Positions 8,867 to 18,498 of a stretch of 64,000 bases of DNA are shown in pieces. The notes under the pieces are model-generated. The model made no database searches, had not been told where the DNA came from, and saw only the letters and a program-made list of their open reading frames with translations. The translations under genes were made by a program, and so were the position numbers. How positions within the stretch are numbered: the stretch's first letter is position 1; each line of letters starts with the position of its first letter. This DNA is from Escherichia phage SUT_E520. The DNA is taken from the sequence record OQ990040; one strand, 5' to 3'.

Positions 8867-9305
8867 TATTTATCTCCATTCTTAACTTTGAAAACTTATT
8901 ATACCAAACTATATGATTATCGTCAATTACAAATTTATGATAACATGCTGGTACGGTATAAGTTCCATAATCCGTGACACGCTGCACAACCTTGTGTGCG
9001 CACAGTCGACAACCATGCCCTTCTAAATGAGATCTAGCAGTTTGCCAGTAATAACCATCATGATCTGGACAATAGATCTCGACTTGCTGTTGCATTGTTT
9101 TATAATTTACATGCTCATATCCAAAGAAAGCTCCATGAACTGCAACAGCTTTCTTGATAAATATAATATTTAGTGCTTCTTGTTGAAAGTCGGGATGTAG
9201 CTGCTTAATCTTGGTTCTATTAATAGACCCATCCGATTTGATAAACCTATTTATTGGGAAGTTGTTAGCTTCCTCGATTAATAATTCATTTATTTTATCA
9301 CGCAT
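8859..9305 (-). CDS. hypothetical Cys/His-rich protein (148 aa), possible Zn-binding or HNH-like
   Basis: motifs CPDHDG, GHGCRLCAHK. Confidence 0.4.
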   Translation of the reverse strand: MRDKINELLIEEANNFPINRFIKSDGSINRTKIKQLHPDFQQEALNIIFIKKAVAVHGAFFGYEHVNYKTMQQQVEIYCPDHDGYYWQTARSHLEGHGCRLCAHKVVQRVTDYGTYTVPACYHKFVIDDNHIVWYNKFSKLRMEINSE

Positions 9306-9306
9306 G

Positions 9307-9525
9307 TTACTTATTAAATAACTTATTTAGTTTGCAGTATAAGTCTTTTGCTTGTTCTTCGGATAGCCAAATAATATTGGGGGATGTTCCTCCACCTTTT
9401 TGAGCTAATCGTACTGTTTTATTTTTGCTTATTTCACAGGTTACAGCAGATTGATCTTCCGTAGGGCTATATCTAGCCTTTAGGTAGTTATCTAATGTTT
9501 TCATACTAAGTTCCTTGAAACACAA
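9307..9525 (-). CDS. hypothetical protein (72 aa)
   Basis: ORF in gene string. Confidence 0.35.
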   Translation of the reverse strand: MCFKELSMKTLDNYLKARYSPTEDQSAVTCEISKNKTVRLAQKGGGTSPNIIWLSEEQAKDLYCKLNKLFNK

Positions 9526-9558
9526 AAGGTCAGAACAATTAAGTCCTGGCCTCTAGAA

Positions 9559-9930
9559 TTAGTGGAGTTGTTTACCACTTCTTAAAATAGTGGCCGTTTC
9601 CATAAGATTTAACGTTATATCACGCTTTTTGATTTGTTTGTCCAGTTCATCGGTACGTTTGCCAATGTAAGCGTTAATAGCCATATTCATAGCTGAGGCG
9701 AGATCTTCTTTGGTTATCTCTTCATTATCTAAAGCTAATTTAGCTAAAGAATCGAAAGTACTAGAAAGTCCTATAAGATCTGAGGTTTCACTGGCCAAAA
9801 TAGGGTTAATATTATCTATTGTTACTTCCAACATAGAGTTAACAATATCTTCTCCGTCTACTAGACCAGATTCAATATTACTCTCCCATTCCTTCATCTG
9901 CTCCAGCAATGGATTTTTCTTTTCTGTCAT
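9559..9930 (-). CDS. hypothetical acidic protein (start uncertain; internal Met chosen to limit overlap)
   Basis: ORF 9559-9996 overlaps upstream gene by 119 nt; internal Met at 9930 is more plausible. Confidence 0.35.
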   Translation of the reverse strand: MTEKKNPLLEQMKEWESNIESGLVDGEDIVNSMLEVTIDNINPILASETSDLIGLSSTFDSLAKLALDNEEITKEDLASAMNMAINAYIGKRTDELDKQIKKRDITLNLMETATILRSGKQLH

Positions 9931-10339
9931 GGTAGAGGTTTCCTGTGTCAGTTGGTAAGAAAGCCGATTGAGCTTTAGGTGGATGTTGTTTAGCAATCCA
10001 GTTAAGAATCAGTACACGACTAGGAACAATATCGGTATTATACCAGAAATCATGAACCCATTGACGAGCATCCTCAAACTTACCAAATTTATACGCTTTC
10101 TTGAACAATTCAAACCCAAAACAATCTGGTGTAAAATCTACTTCACGATATTGAATTACTTTAGAACCAGTTAAATCTTGGATAGCTGCATTAATTTCTG
10201 TATGGGAGAATTTTGTTTCGTGAAACTTATTAAAGAATCGGTAGTTGAAACGTCCGTTCGTTTCGACAAATAACTGGATAAAGAGATCGTTAAATTGGTT
10301 ATCAAACCAGTAATTCTGTAGTTGTTGTAGTGCTGTCAT
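9878..10339 (-). CDS. hypothetical protein (153 aa)
   Basis: ORF in gene string. Confidence 0.45.
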   Translation of the reverse strand: MTALQQLQNYWFDNQFNDLFIQLFVETNGRFNYRFFNKFHETKFSHTEINAAIQDLTGSKVIQYREVDFTPDCFGFELFKKAYKFGKFEDARQWVHDFWYNTDIVPSRVLILNWIAKQHPPKAQSAFLPTDTGNLYHDRKEKSIAGADEGMGE

Positions 10340-10536
10340 TTACGAACTCCGTTAATTGCCACGATGATGCCTTCGTACATAAAAGGAAGTAGTTTAGAAG
10401 TGTAGAAGATATTTTCCGTTATTCCTAGATGTCGAAAAAGTATATTAAATAATGCTGTTAGAAATACAATCTGAGGCAGTAATACAAAATACTCAGTTAC
10501 AATCTTTGGTGCCTGATAAACAAGACGTTTTATCAT
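10336..10536 (-). CDS. small membrane protein (66 aa)
   Basis: hydrophobic segment LLPQIVFLTALFNILF. Confidence 0.3.
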   Translation of the reverse strand: MIKRLVYQAPKIVTEYFVLLPQIVFLTALFNILFRHLGITENIFYTSKLLPFMYEGIIVAINGVRK

Positions 10537-10635
10537 TGTTTTTAAGTCTCCTTATTACTTTGGCCTGCTCCACAATAATAAAAACTGCGAGCACTAATAG
10601 TGCTAGTAGCCCCGCAGTAATTGGTACTAAATCAA

Positions 10636-10962
10636 TCATGGGAGACGCCATACGTAATTAGCTGTCTGTAGGATCTTAGGTGTGTCATCATGATACATTA
10701 CTACAGACTTTGGTGAATAACTATCAGCTAGTTCTTTACGAATCATTTCACACTCTTCACCAGTATCAATATTTTTAACTATCACTTTCATATTAAGTGG
10801 TGTTAATACAGAAAGTGGTTTCCAAGAGTCCTCAATCTCAATTCCTACCTTTTTCTCAATTATCATGAGAACTTCCAATGTATCATCTGGAATACTAATA
10901 TTATTATTCACAAACTGTAATATCTCATGTAAGGTATTTAATTCATTAAAATTAAGCTTCAT
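10636..10962 (-). CDS. hypothetical protein (108 aa)
   Basis: ORF in gene string. Confidence 0.4.
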   Translation of the reverse strand: MKLNFNELNTLHEILQFVNNNISIPDDTLEVLMIIEKKVGIEIEDSWKPLSVLTPLNMKVIVKNIDTGEECEMIRKELADSYSPKSVVMYHDDTPKILQTANYVWRLP

Positions 10963-11197
10963 CTTTAATAATATCCTCTACCATATCACAAGACTGTTGC
11001 AATTCATCAGCAATACGTTTAACATCGGTTTTTGTTACTTTACCGATTAGCATTACCAGTAACATAGAAAAGATAATAAAAGGTACTGGAATAACAAATA
11101 ATGCTACCTTAGCTACATTCTTTGGTGTCCATGTATGGTACTTAGTAACTAGTACACCAACCACAACTAAATAAAATGCGAGAATAAACATCATCAT
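10952..11197 (-). CDS. membrane protein (81 aa, two TM segments)
   Basis: MMMFILAFYLVVVGVLV and VIPVPFIIFSMLLVMLIG. Confidence 0.4.
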   Translation of the reverse strand: MMMFILAFYLVVVGVLVTKYHTWTPKNVAKVALFVIPVPFIIFSMLLVMLIGKVTKTDVKRIADELQQSCDMVEDIIKDEA

Positions 11198-11475
11198 TTT
11201 TTAATCTCCGTAATTATCTGTGCACGCATTACTTTATTAGGTAGTTTTGTATTCCCAGCTATTGCTTCAATATTGTTTAGTTTTTCTTTTAGAATATCTG
11301 AGCGTCTTTGCGTTAGCTCAATATCTTGTTCTTGTTCTATTAAGCGACAGTGGAGTCCACTATTAGTAATACGCATACTCTCCATATTTTTTCGTATGCT
11401 TACAATACCAATAACCCCACCAATCGCTGCTAGTGTCATAAGCACTAGCAGTCCAATAAGAATTTCTATAATCAT
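11194..11475 (-). CDS. membrane-anchored coiled-coil protein (93 aa)
   Basis: N-terminal TM MIIEILIGLLVLMTLAAIGGVIGIV. Confidence 0.4.
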   Translation of the reverse strand: MIIEILIGLLVLMTLAAIGGVIGIVSIRKNMESMRITNSGLHCRLIEQEQDIELTQRRSDILKEKLNNIEAIAGNTKLPNKVMRAQIITEIKK

Positions 11476-11897
11476 TTGTCCGTTACTCCATTACTACATT
11501 TAATGTAGGGGCTTACAGTTTCGTAGAATTTAATCTTGACTAAAGATCCGTTAACTGCTCTACAAAATCTCTTACCCTCTTCAATTTGAAGTTTGGCCTC
11601 AATTGAATCTTCCATTTTGTAGGCATCTACTACTTCAACCCCAGAATCTTTAGATAAGGCTTCATCTAGTTTTATTTGCCTGAGCACAAGGTCTACTTCT
11701 GCAAGCATTATTTTATGTTTTGATAGTAACTTATTGCTTTCTGCCCTAGCTTTAATTTCTGGACTGATATGTTCCTCTATTACAACTTCCTTCACTTCGT
11801 CACGTTGATTAAGTATATAGTCGGTAACACCAATCGATATTGCTAAAGAAAGCAGCGAGTTAACTGCTATAGTATAGAAAAATTGGCCATTAGTCAT
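11472..11897 (-). CDS. membrane-anchored protein (141 aa)
   Basis: N-terminal TM then soluble domain. Confidence 0.4.
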   Translation of the reverse strand: MTNGQFFYTIAVNSLLSLAISIGVTDYILNQRDEVKEVVIEEHISPEIKARAESNKLLSKHKIMLAEVDLVLRQIKLDEALSKDSGVEVVDAYKMEDSIEAKLQIEEGKRFCRAVNGSLVKIKFYETVSPYIKCSNGVTDK

Positions 11898-12166
11898 TAT
11901 TTCTTACCTTTCAGTTGCTTAACTTCACGCTCAAAAGATGCTGCACGACGTTCGGCAGTTGCCTGATGCTCTTTCGCAAAACGTGCTTCCTGTTTTGCGA
12001 GGTTGAACGCCATAGCATTCTTATTCAGAGAATCATACATCTTTTTCATTGCCGGAATAGACATCTTCATGAGCTGACCCTCAAAACCCTGCATGTCGAG
12101 GAGAATTGCCAGAACGTTAGCCATTTCATTTTTAGTCATGTTTTCCATTAGAATTTCCTCTCTCAT
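11897..12166 (-). CDS. hypothetical protein (89 aa)
   Basis: ORF directly downstream of a T5-type promoter at 12181-12209. Confidence 0.45.
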   Translation of the reverse strand: MREEILMENMTKNEMANVLAILLDMQGFEGQLMKMSIPAMKKMYDSLNKNAMAFNLAKQEARFAKEHQATAERRAASFEREVKQLKGKK

Positions 12167-12180
12167 TAATTTATGAACTT

Positions 12181-12209
12181 ATTATACAGAATTTTAAGGC
12201 TTAAAGCAA
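12181..12209 (-). promoter_or_regulatory. T5-type early sigma70 promoter (-35 TTGCTT, 17 bp, -10 TATAAT on minus strand)
   Basis: revcomp of 12204-12209 is TTGCTT; revcomp of 12181-12186 is TATAAT. Confidence 0.6.
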
Positions 12210-12226
12210 CTGAATTTTTTAATTAC

Positions 12227-12658
12227 TTACCAATCGTTAACAACGCCGGAGAACTCAGAAGCAAAAACCTTTTCAAATTTCTCTGCAATTTCAGGATGAT
12301 CTTTGCAGATCAGCTCAATACATGCTTCTGGAGTCATTCCTTCATCTTCAGGATCACCGTAGTATTTGTCCCAAAGATCATCAGGGATGATATGCTCCGC
12401 CAAATCTTGGAAAGAGATTAACTGATAACGTTCTGCTTCCTCAGCGATAAGAATTTCGCACAGATCTTTATCTATATCGCTACGATAATCCGCAATTAAT
12501 AGGGCATTGCAAGCATGGCATTCCCAGACCATCAAACGTTCAGAGATAGGATTAGACTTATCTTGAACGTAAGACTGGAACAAGGTTCGGAAAGTTGCCT
12601 TAACTTGTTCAAACTTATCTGCTGCTGCGAAAACTAGAGCTTTATCAACTTTGTTCAT
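12227..12658 (-). CDS. hypothetical acidic protein (143 aa)
   Basis: ORF downstream of promoter 12689-12717. Confidence 0.5.
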   Translation of the reverse strand: MNKVDKALVFAAADKFEQVKATFRTLFQSYVQDKSNPISERLMVWECHACNALLIADYRSDIDKDLCEILIAEEAERYQLISFQDLAEHIIPDDLWDKYYGDPEDEGMTPEACIELICKDHPEIAEKFEKVFASEFSGVVNDW

Positions 12659-12688
12659 TTTGATTCCTTCTCATCAATTTATAAAGTA

Positions 12689-12717
12689 ATTATACAGAAA
12701 CTTAGGCATTTTAGCAA
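12689..12717 (-). promoter_or_regulatory. T5-type early sigma70 promoter (-35 TTGCTA, 17 bp, -10 TATAAT on minus strand)
   Basis: revcomp of 12712-12717 is TTGCTA; revcomp of 12689-12694 is TATAAT. Confidence 0.6.
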
Positions 12718-12825
12718 ATAAAACTTTTAATTAAAATGCCTAATCCTGTACCAATAGCAATACAAATGATTATAAGTATTGCTATCGCTTGTATAATTCG
12801 TTTAATAATAGCCTCAGCTATATAC

Positions 12826-13416
12826 TCAGACATTTATATCACCACGCAATACAGCAGCTACGTCTTCCCCTATTTGTAATACCTCGCCGGTAGTACAATT
12901 AACTACTCTATCGTAACTAGTAAACTTACCAGACACAATATCTTCTAGTGGAATTGGAGTTTTACTCATTTCAAATGAGACATTGATATAACGTGGATCA
13001 CGTAGAGAAGTAGTATGTACGTGTCCGTGAATATTTAGTTTGCCACGAAGTTCATTAGGGTGCAAAGGGCAGTGAGATAGCCAAAACTTTTTGCCACCTC
13101 CAGTCTGTTTACCTAGAGCCTGAATATCGTCATAAACTTCCGCCAAGTCCCTAATGCTCAGTCCCTGACGTTCTGCATCATGATTACCCATAATCAGTTG
13201 ATTAGGAACATTGTGGATAACCGACTTTAATTTAGCTAGACCTTCACGACCTACTGCAATATCTCCTAGCAAAATAAGTTTTGTTCGTTTACCAATATGC
13301 TTGGACAAAGTATCTAGAATATACTCATCGTGCTCTTTCATGTTCTTAAACCACGGACGGAAACGTAACGCTCCAGGGTGGTCTAGGTGCAAGTCTGACC
13401 AGAATTTAACTTTCAT
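12826..13416 (-). CDS. calcineurin-like metallophosphoesterase
   Basis: motifs DLHLDH, GDIAVG, GNHD, GHVH. Confidence 0.6.
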   Translation of the reverse strand: MKVKFWSDLHLDHPGALRFRPWFKNMKEHDEYILDTLSKHIGKRTKLILLGDIAVGREGLAKLKSVIHNVPNQLIMGNHDAERQGLSIRDLAEVYDDIQALGKQTGGGKKFWLSHCPLHPNELRGKLNIHGHVHTTSLRDPRYINVSFEMSKTPIPLEDIVSGKFTSYDRVVNCTTGEVLQIGEDVAAVLRGDINV

Positions 13417-13705
13417 TACTCTTTTCCTTATTCTGTATTAAACTATCAACCCAAGAGGTTAACACTTTGGTTTTAAACTCCTCGGAAGTCTCTCCTTCCT
13501 TAAGGTCTACCTCATTAAGATAGGTAGTAAGCCTTGTTTCTACCTCTATTTCAGTAGGAGAATTAAAACAAAAATTGACTGCTATCCCAGAATATATTAC
13601 CCCCGTATCTCCTTTGACGAAAGTATTAACTAATGCCCTCCAACGAAGGGCATCAATACGCATTGCTCGTAATTCTTCTCGTACTTCTTTCATTCTATCA
13701 TTCAT
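13406..13705 (-). CDS. hypothetical protein (99 aa)
   Basis: ORF in gene string. Confidence 0.4.
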   Translation of the reverse strand: MNDRMKEVREELRAMRIDALRWRALVNTFVKGDTGVIYSGIAVNFCFNSPTEIEVETRLTTYLNEVDLKEGETSEEFKTKVLTSWVDSLIQNKEKSNES

Positions 13706-14580
13706 TAAAGAATCCTCTGTACACCACAGCTATCTTCCCGGAGTGTAGTAAATGTGGTGATTTTGCCCGTTTCATCATTAACTTGCGCAACCGTCAACTG
13801 CCCGTTGAAAACACCGCCAGTATCAAGGTAAACACGGTTTTTATAAAGAAGTGGGTAAGGTACTCCAGTATGCCCATGAAACACGAAATCTACCCCTTTA
13901 ACTTCTGGCACTTCTACCATATATTTTTCTTTAAATCCTGAATAACGCTGGAAATACGGGTGTTCCTCACCATTTTTGGACAAGTAGAAGCCTATTTCTT
14001 GGATTACATCTCGATCCCATAAATATGGTTCAATATGGTATCCAGGATGGTCATGTGGGTCTTCCTTAGCTGCTTCTACTTGTGCAATAAGATTATCCCA
14101 TACTGGGGTTTCTACTTCATTACCACATTCTTTGTACGTAAAAGGTACACCACCATGAACAACACCATACTTCTTACCACGATGCCTAACAGTTAGGAAT
14201 ACTGGCATTTTTTCAGCCATATCTTCGGCGATATTTTTAATGGTGTCTGCATCCAGCTCTTCCATAGCCCATATACCACCGTTATACATCCAATTAGCCC
14301 AATCTCCTGCAATCATAAATTGGTCGTGATTACCACGGACACTGATAAAATGTGGATTATACAGGAATTTGGCTAAAACTTGTAGGTTTTGTGTGCCTCG
14401 GTCAATTAAGTCACCAACACATACTAAGCAATCTTTCTTGCTATTATACCCAGCTAATTTCAACGCATCTTCCAGCAAATCATTGCATCCATGAATATCA
14501 CCAACGAAAAACAAGTTGGCATCATCTGGCACTACTAGAGTTTTATGTACATTAAATTCTTTTTTCATAATTATTCCCAA
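13705..14580 (-). CDS. Ser/Thr protein phosphatase (PPP family)
   Basis: motifs GDIHG, GDLIDRG, GNHD. Confidence 0.65.
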   Translation of the reverse strand: MGIIMKKEFNVHKTLVVPDDANLFFVGDIHGCNDLLEDALKLAGYNSKKDCLVCVGDLIDRGTQNLQVLAKFLYNPHFISVRGNHDQFMIAGDWANWMYNGGIWAMEELDADTIKNIAEDMAEKMPVFLTVRHRGKKYGVVHGGVPFTYKECGNEVETPVWDNLIAQVEAAKEDPHDHPGYHIEPYLWDRDVIQEIGFYLSKNGEEHPYFQRYSGFKEKYMVEVPEVKGVDFVFHGHTGVPYPLLYKNRVYLDTGGVFNGQLTVAQVNDETGKITTFTTLREDSCGVQRIL

Positions 14581-14816
14581 ATAACAGTTAAAATAGTTGT
14601 GCCATACTCATTAGATAGTTGGAGAGTATAACCCTCTTTATAGAGGGCTTTTATAGCTTCATAACTAATTTCATCACGATTAAACTGTACAAAAGAACCT
14701 CCAATCTCCACAGAAGAAACTATTCTCTTTTTAACATACTTATATGGTTTCTTTCTGCTCTTAAGAATTGCAGCTCTATTTATCCTAGCTAAACGTTTTG
14801 CTTGTTCCGCTAACAT
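14571..14816 (-). CDS. hypothetical protein (81 aa)
   Basis: ORF in gene string. Confidence 0.35.
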   Translation of the reverse strand: MLAEQAKRLARINRAAILKSRKKPYKYVKKRIVSSVEIGGSFVQFNRDEISYEAIKALYKEGYTLQLSNEYGTTILTVIWE

Positions 14817-14949
14817 TTAATTATCTCCAGTGGTTAGTATGCTTCTCAGCTTCCTCATCGTTAGGCTCAAAGACAACATGGCAGTCAACTGCTTCCCAAA
14901 AAGCCTCACGGATTAAAGAGTTTTTAGCTGAAATGTCTAATTCTCCCCA

Positions 14950-15198
14950 CTATTCTAAAGTCTCTAGGTCTGTATCAACTTCGGTATCACAGCCAACCAG
15001 CCCCAAAGAGACAACAATAGTAACGCGATCTTCACGCTGTTCGGGATAAACATCAGCATATTCCCAAGCAGCTTCTTCAACATAATATTGTTGTTCCTTT
15101 TCTGGAAGTGACTTATACTTTTCTTCTGTAATACCCATCTCAACGGCGCGAGTACCACAAACTACATTGTTATTAATAATTAGATATGCATAGTTCAT
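14950..15198 (-). CDS. hypothetical acidic protein (82 aa)
   Basis: ORF in gene string. Confidence 0.35.
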   Translation of the reverse strand: MNYAYLIINNNVVCGTRAVEMGITEEKYKSLPEKEQQYYVEEAAWEYADVYPEQREDRVTIVVSLGLVGCDTEVDTDLETLE

Positions 15199-15379
15199 CG
15201 TAATACTCCTATTTCTTGAGTGGCAAAGATGTCCATTAATATGGCTAAAATCCCTGCAAAGATAGGTGGCGTAAGCATATTAATGGCTCTCTTATCAATT
15301 TATATAAGTATTATACCAAAATTTTTAGCAAAAAGCAAGTAAAATAAAAGCCTGATCTGCTAAGATCAGGCTTTGTTTA

Positions 15380-15670
15380 TTAGTCCTCTGGATTATCATC
15401 CAGGAAATTTTTAATAGCTTCGTGCATAGTTTCTTTACGAAGCTGACGTCCAATCAAAATATGGTTAGCTTCTACTCGACCATTAGGTAAGCGATCTGCC
15501 AGAACTACTACAGGAACTTGGCGCACACCAAATTTCTGCATTAATTCTGTATTATCAGTCTCTTTATGGATTTCCAAATTATAGTCATTGACTACTTTAT
15601 CAAATACTGGCTCAAACATTTTGCAAGGATTGCAAGTGGAACCTTTTAATAGGTATACTAATTTACTCAT
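15380..15670 (-). CDS. thioredoxin/glutaredoxin-like protein
   Basis: 96 aa with CNPC active-site-like motif. Confidence 0.5.
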   Translation of the reverse strand: MSKLVYLLKGSTCNPCKMFEPVFDKVVNDYNLEIHKETDNTELMQKFGVRQVPVVVLADRLPNGRVEANHILIGRQLRKETMHEAIKNFLDDNPED

Positions 15671-16094
15671 AGTTATTAATGGCCTCTAAGAAGTTTTTCA
15701 TAGTTTTTACGGTTGCGGTGCTCAGATCAAGATTTACACCCAAACACTCGGTTAATGCTTCCTGATAAGGAGCTTTTAATCTGCCTTCCGGGACTTCTAC
15801 CTTCTTATATTCTTTATTTTTGACCTTTTTAATCATAGTCTCTAGTACAAGAAGCGGTAATTTAGCACCTTCAATATCAGTACCCAAAAGTTCAGTTAAA
15901 ATTTTATTAAGATCAAGACGAGTTAACTTTTTGCCCTTAGACATAGATGCACCTACCTTTGTATCAATAGATTTTTCCGCTTTCTTTTCGAGCTTTTTGT
16001 ACTCAGGAGAGTCATGATCACGGAGTGCAATGTTTAGCTCGTAATGTGGTATACGAAAATGTTCCGCCATTTGAGTATAGAAACGATCAGACAT
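15663..16094 (-). CDS. hypothetical protein (143 aa)
   Basis: ORF in gene string. Confidence 0.45.
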   Translation of the reverse strand: MSDRFYTQMAEHFRIPHYELNIALRDHDSPEYKKLEKKAEKSIDTKVGASMSKGKKLTRLDLNKILTELLGTDIEGAKLPLLVLETMIKKVKNKEYKKVEVPEGRLKAPYQEALTECLGVNLDLSTATVKTMKNFLEAINNYE

Positions 16095-16169
16095 AATATA
16101 TACCTCTCTTAACTAATTTATGTATATATTATATAATAACTAGGGCTAAAAGTCAACTACTTTTTTATC

Positions 16170-16586
16170 TTAATCTACTGCATGTATAAATTTTTTCCTA
16201 ACTAGATACATAGTTATTGGGTAAATTGAGTACATAAGTATCGGGGAGAAAAGGGTGAAATACGCTGTAACTCCCCCAGCTAACATCAAAGGTATTAATG
16301 CTAGAGTAAGGGCCATAAGAATCATACCGAATGAAACAGCCAAAGCTATGGATATAGGATTCTCTAGTTCCATCCATAACCAACAATATTTCGTATCTCT
16401 ATGGCAATTGCATTTACAAACGCCGAATGAACCCATAATTATATACTCTAGTCCGTGAATAACCTTTATTAATAAGCTATTTCGGGTAGTTAATGCAATG
16501 ATAGTAAAGACTATCATTAAAACGAATACTACTAGACTTATTTTCCAGATACCTAGCAGCATCATAGTGAATAGTTCTGCAAACAT
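16170..16586 (-). CDS. integral membrane protein (138 aa)
   Basis: several hydrophobic helices. Confidence 0.45.
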   Translation of the reverse strand: MFAELFTMMLLGIWKISLVVFVLMIVFTIIALTTRNSLLIKVIHGLEYIIMGSFGVCKCNCHRDTKYCWLWMELENPISIALAVSFGMILMALTLALIPLMLAGGVTAYFTLFSPILMYSIYPITMYLVRKKFIHAVD

Positions 16587-16627
16587 GGCTTTCTCCTATC
16601 TTCAAAAATTATTAAAGCCCCCTTTGC

Positions 16628-16652
16628 CTAAAAAGGCGGGAATATTCCCGCC
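16628..16652 (-). terminator. rho-independent terminator candidate after endolysin gene
   Basis: hairpin ggcggga-atat-tcccgcc followed by T5 on minus strand. Confidence 0.45.
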
Positions 16653-16663
16653 TCAGTTATTAA

Positions 16664-17077
16664 TTAAACTAGTTCGACATGACCGCCATCATAGGTACCA
16701 CGTTTTATTTCGTCGTGATAATCTCCCGAAGCATTCCAATCAGCACCAAAACGAAGTTTAATGCCTAGTTCTTTACCCGCTTGTTCAAAAGCCTTTTTAA
16801 CTGCCCAAAATGCTTCTAAATCATTCCAATCAATTTTGCCATTAATGTATGGAGCAAAATCAAGGGCATCCCCAGTAATATGCTTGCTTTTACTAGGATC
16901 TTTTAAAAATGAAGTACCATTAGCAATATTCTGGGCACTTTGTGCTACTGTACGAATACCCTGTACGATCGTGAAATCATATGGAGATAATTCTAAAGCT
17001 CTACGAGCTACTTTTTGTAGCTCTGGCTTAACGGTAGCTAATTGTTTTTCGCTATTTTTACCAAATTTAAAACTCAT
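16664..17077 (-). CDS. lys: endolysin, L-alanyl-D-glutamate peptidase (T5 Lys-like)
   Basis: 137 aa; sequence MSFKFGKNSEKQLATVKPELQKVARRALELSPYDFTIVQGIRT matches my recollection of T5 endolysin. Confidence 0.7.
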   Translation of the reverse strand: MSFKFGKNSEKQLATVKPELQKVARRALELSPYDFTIVQGIRTVAQSAQNIANGTSFLKDPSKSKHITGDALDFAPYINGKIDWNDLEAFWAVKKAFEQAGKELGIKLRFGADWNASGDYHDEIKRGTYDGGHVELV

Positions 17078-17730
17078 ATTGATCTACCTAAAGATCTCTG
17101 TTGTGGGGAACAGAGCTTTGTTAAATATTCCTTAAATTTCTCAGAATCGGCTGCATCTACAGGATTATCTTTCCAAGCAATACCAATATATCCAGCATAG
17201 ATATTGTTTAGATTGAAATATGGACAAGTGTATATGTAATTAAAAGTAACGTTCTTAAACGCAGGTATATTTAACCCCGTATATTTATTTACTCTTACAC
17301 TTAAATCCGATGCGTAGTTAAAGCCCTCTAAGTGACGTCTGTATAGCTCAGACGTTTTATTTACTGCTTTATCGGCCAAGTCAGCCCTATCTAATTGCGC
17401 ATTGCTTTCCCATGCAATAATGTTAGAATAATCATTAATGGCATCGGGTTTATACTTGACTACAAAAACAGCATCCGCACCCGTTTGAGAAAAGAGTACC
17501 ATGCTCTTTTCTCTAGCTACATTAGGAAAGTTATCTATCCTTTGAGTTTGAACATCCTGTAGAACCGCAGACGTGGAGAAAGTCTTTAAGAATGACATCA
17601 CCTCGCTAGTATTACTAACAAATAAGAAAATAATGATAGCAACTAAGATAGTTAGCAGACGTTTAAGAAGTGATGCTGGATCTTTCGCTTCTTGGAGCAG
17701 TACCGTTAATAATTGTAAGAACTTTTCCAA
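17074..17730 (-). CDS. holin-like membrane protein (T5 holin-like), overlaps endolysin start
   Basis: 218 aa; N-terminal TM LTILVAIIIFLFV; gene order holin then endolysin with 4-nt overlap. Confidence 0.5.
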   Translation of the reverse strand: MEKFLQLLTVLLQEAKDPASLLKRLLTILVAIIIFLFVSNTSEVMSFLKTFSTSAVLQDVQTQRIDNFPNVAREKSMVLFSQTGADAVFVVKYKPDAINDYSNIIAWESNAQLDRADLADKAVNKTSELYRRHLEGFNYASDLSVRVNKYTGLNIPAFKNVTFNYIYTCPYFNLNNIYAGYIGIAWKDNPVDAADSEKFKEYLTKLCSPQQRSLGRSI

Positions 17731-17840
17731 TTGTAACCTCCTCTAACCAGTACCATTATACTAATTTTGGAGGAAAATTACAATGTGTTTTTAAAGATTT
17801 TCTTTGGAGCACAAAATTTTGTCGTTGTCAAGAAGAATTT

Positions 17841-17877
17841 TAGATAAAAGAAAAGCCAGGGTTGTTAAACCCTGGCT
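17841..17877 (-). terminator. rho-independent terminator candidate
   Basis: hairpin agccagggtt-gtta-aaccctggct followed by T-rich tract on minus strand. Confidence 0.5.
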
Positions 17878-17886
17878 TAAAACTAC

Positions 17887-18486
17887 TTACTCTTCTTTAT
17901 GCTCCTCTGATTGAGGTAACTGGGCTTTATTATACTGCTCAGATCGATATTTTGCCAAGATTTCAATACGCTTATGGATTTCTTTGCTATCTAGATAGAT
18001 ATTTTTGTTGTCTTTTACCATCTCATCGATTTCGTCTATTGAGAAAAACGGATAGTAGACATCTAGCATCATATCTTCTACGAACTTGTTGTAAGATTCA
18101 TAGGCTTTCTTGATTTCTTGACCCTTCTCACAGAATCCTCCAGAGAACGTGTGTCCCATTAGCGTAGCATGTGGATGTACTACCCACCCATGACAGGATA
18201 GGAAAATTGTGCAGTAAGCAGAAGCACTAGGACCAACCAGATGTCCTATAACTGTTCCACGGCAATTAGCAATTAAGTTAGATAACTGTGCAGCAGTATC
18301 AACATAACCACCAGGGCCATTAATCATCAGATTAATTTCGTCGTCCTCATTTGCTTGCATAAGTACCATTGATAAATCACGGTATTCATCCGGCGGGCCT
18401 AATTCTTCATCAAAGAAAAAGGTATACTCATTAGATTGGCGAATGGAGTGAAACAGGTTAGTCTTTTCTTCTTTTTTATTAGTCAT
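17887..18486 (-). CDS. ClpP-like serine peptidase (divergent)
   Basis: 199 aa; GPSASAY and HPHATLMGH...GG segments resemble ClpP Ser and His regions. Confidence 0.45.
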   Translation of the reverse strand: MTNKKEEKTNLFHSIRQSNEYTFFFDEELGPPDEYRDLSMVLMQANEDDEINLMINGPGGYVDTAAQLSNLIANCRGTVIGHLVGPSASAYCTIFLSCHGWVVHPHATLMGHTFSGGFCEKGQEIKKAYESYNKFVEDMMLDVYYPFFSIDEIDEMVKDNKNIYLDSKEIHKRIEILAKYRSEQYNKAQLPQSEEHKEE

Positions 18487-18498
18487 AGTGATCCTTGA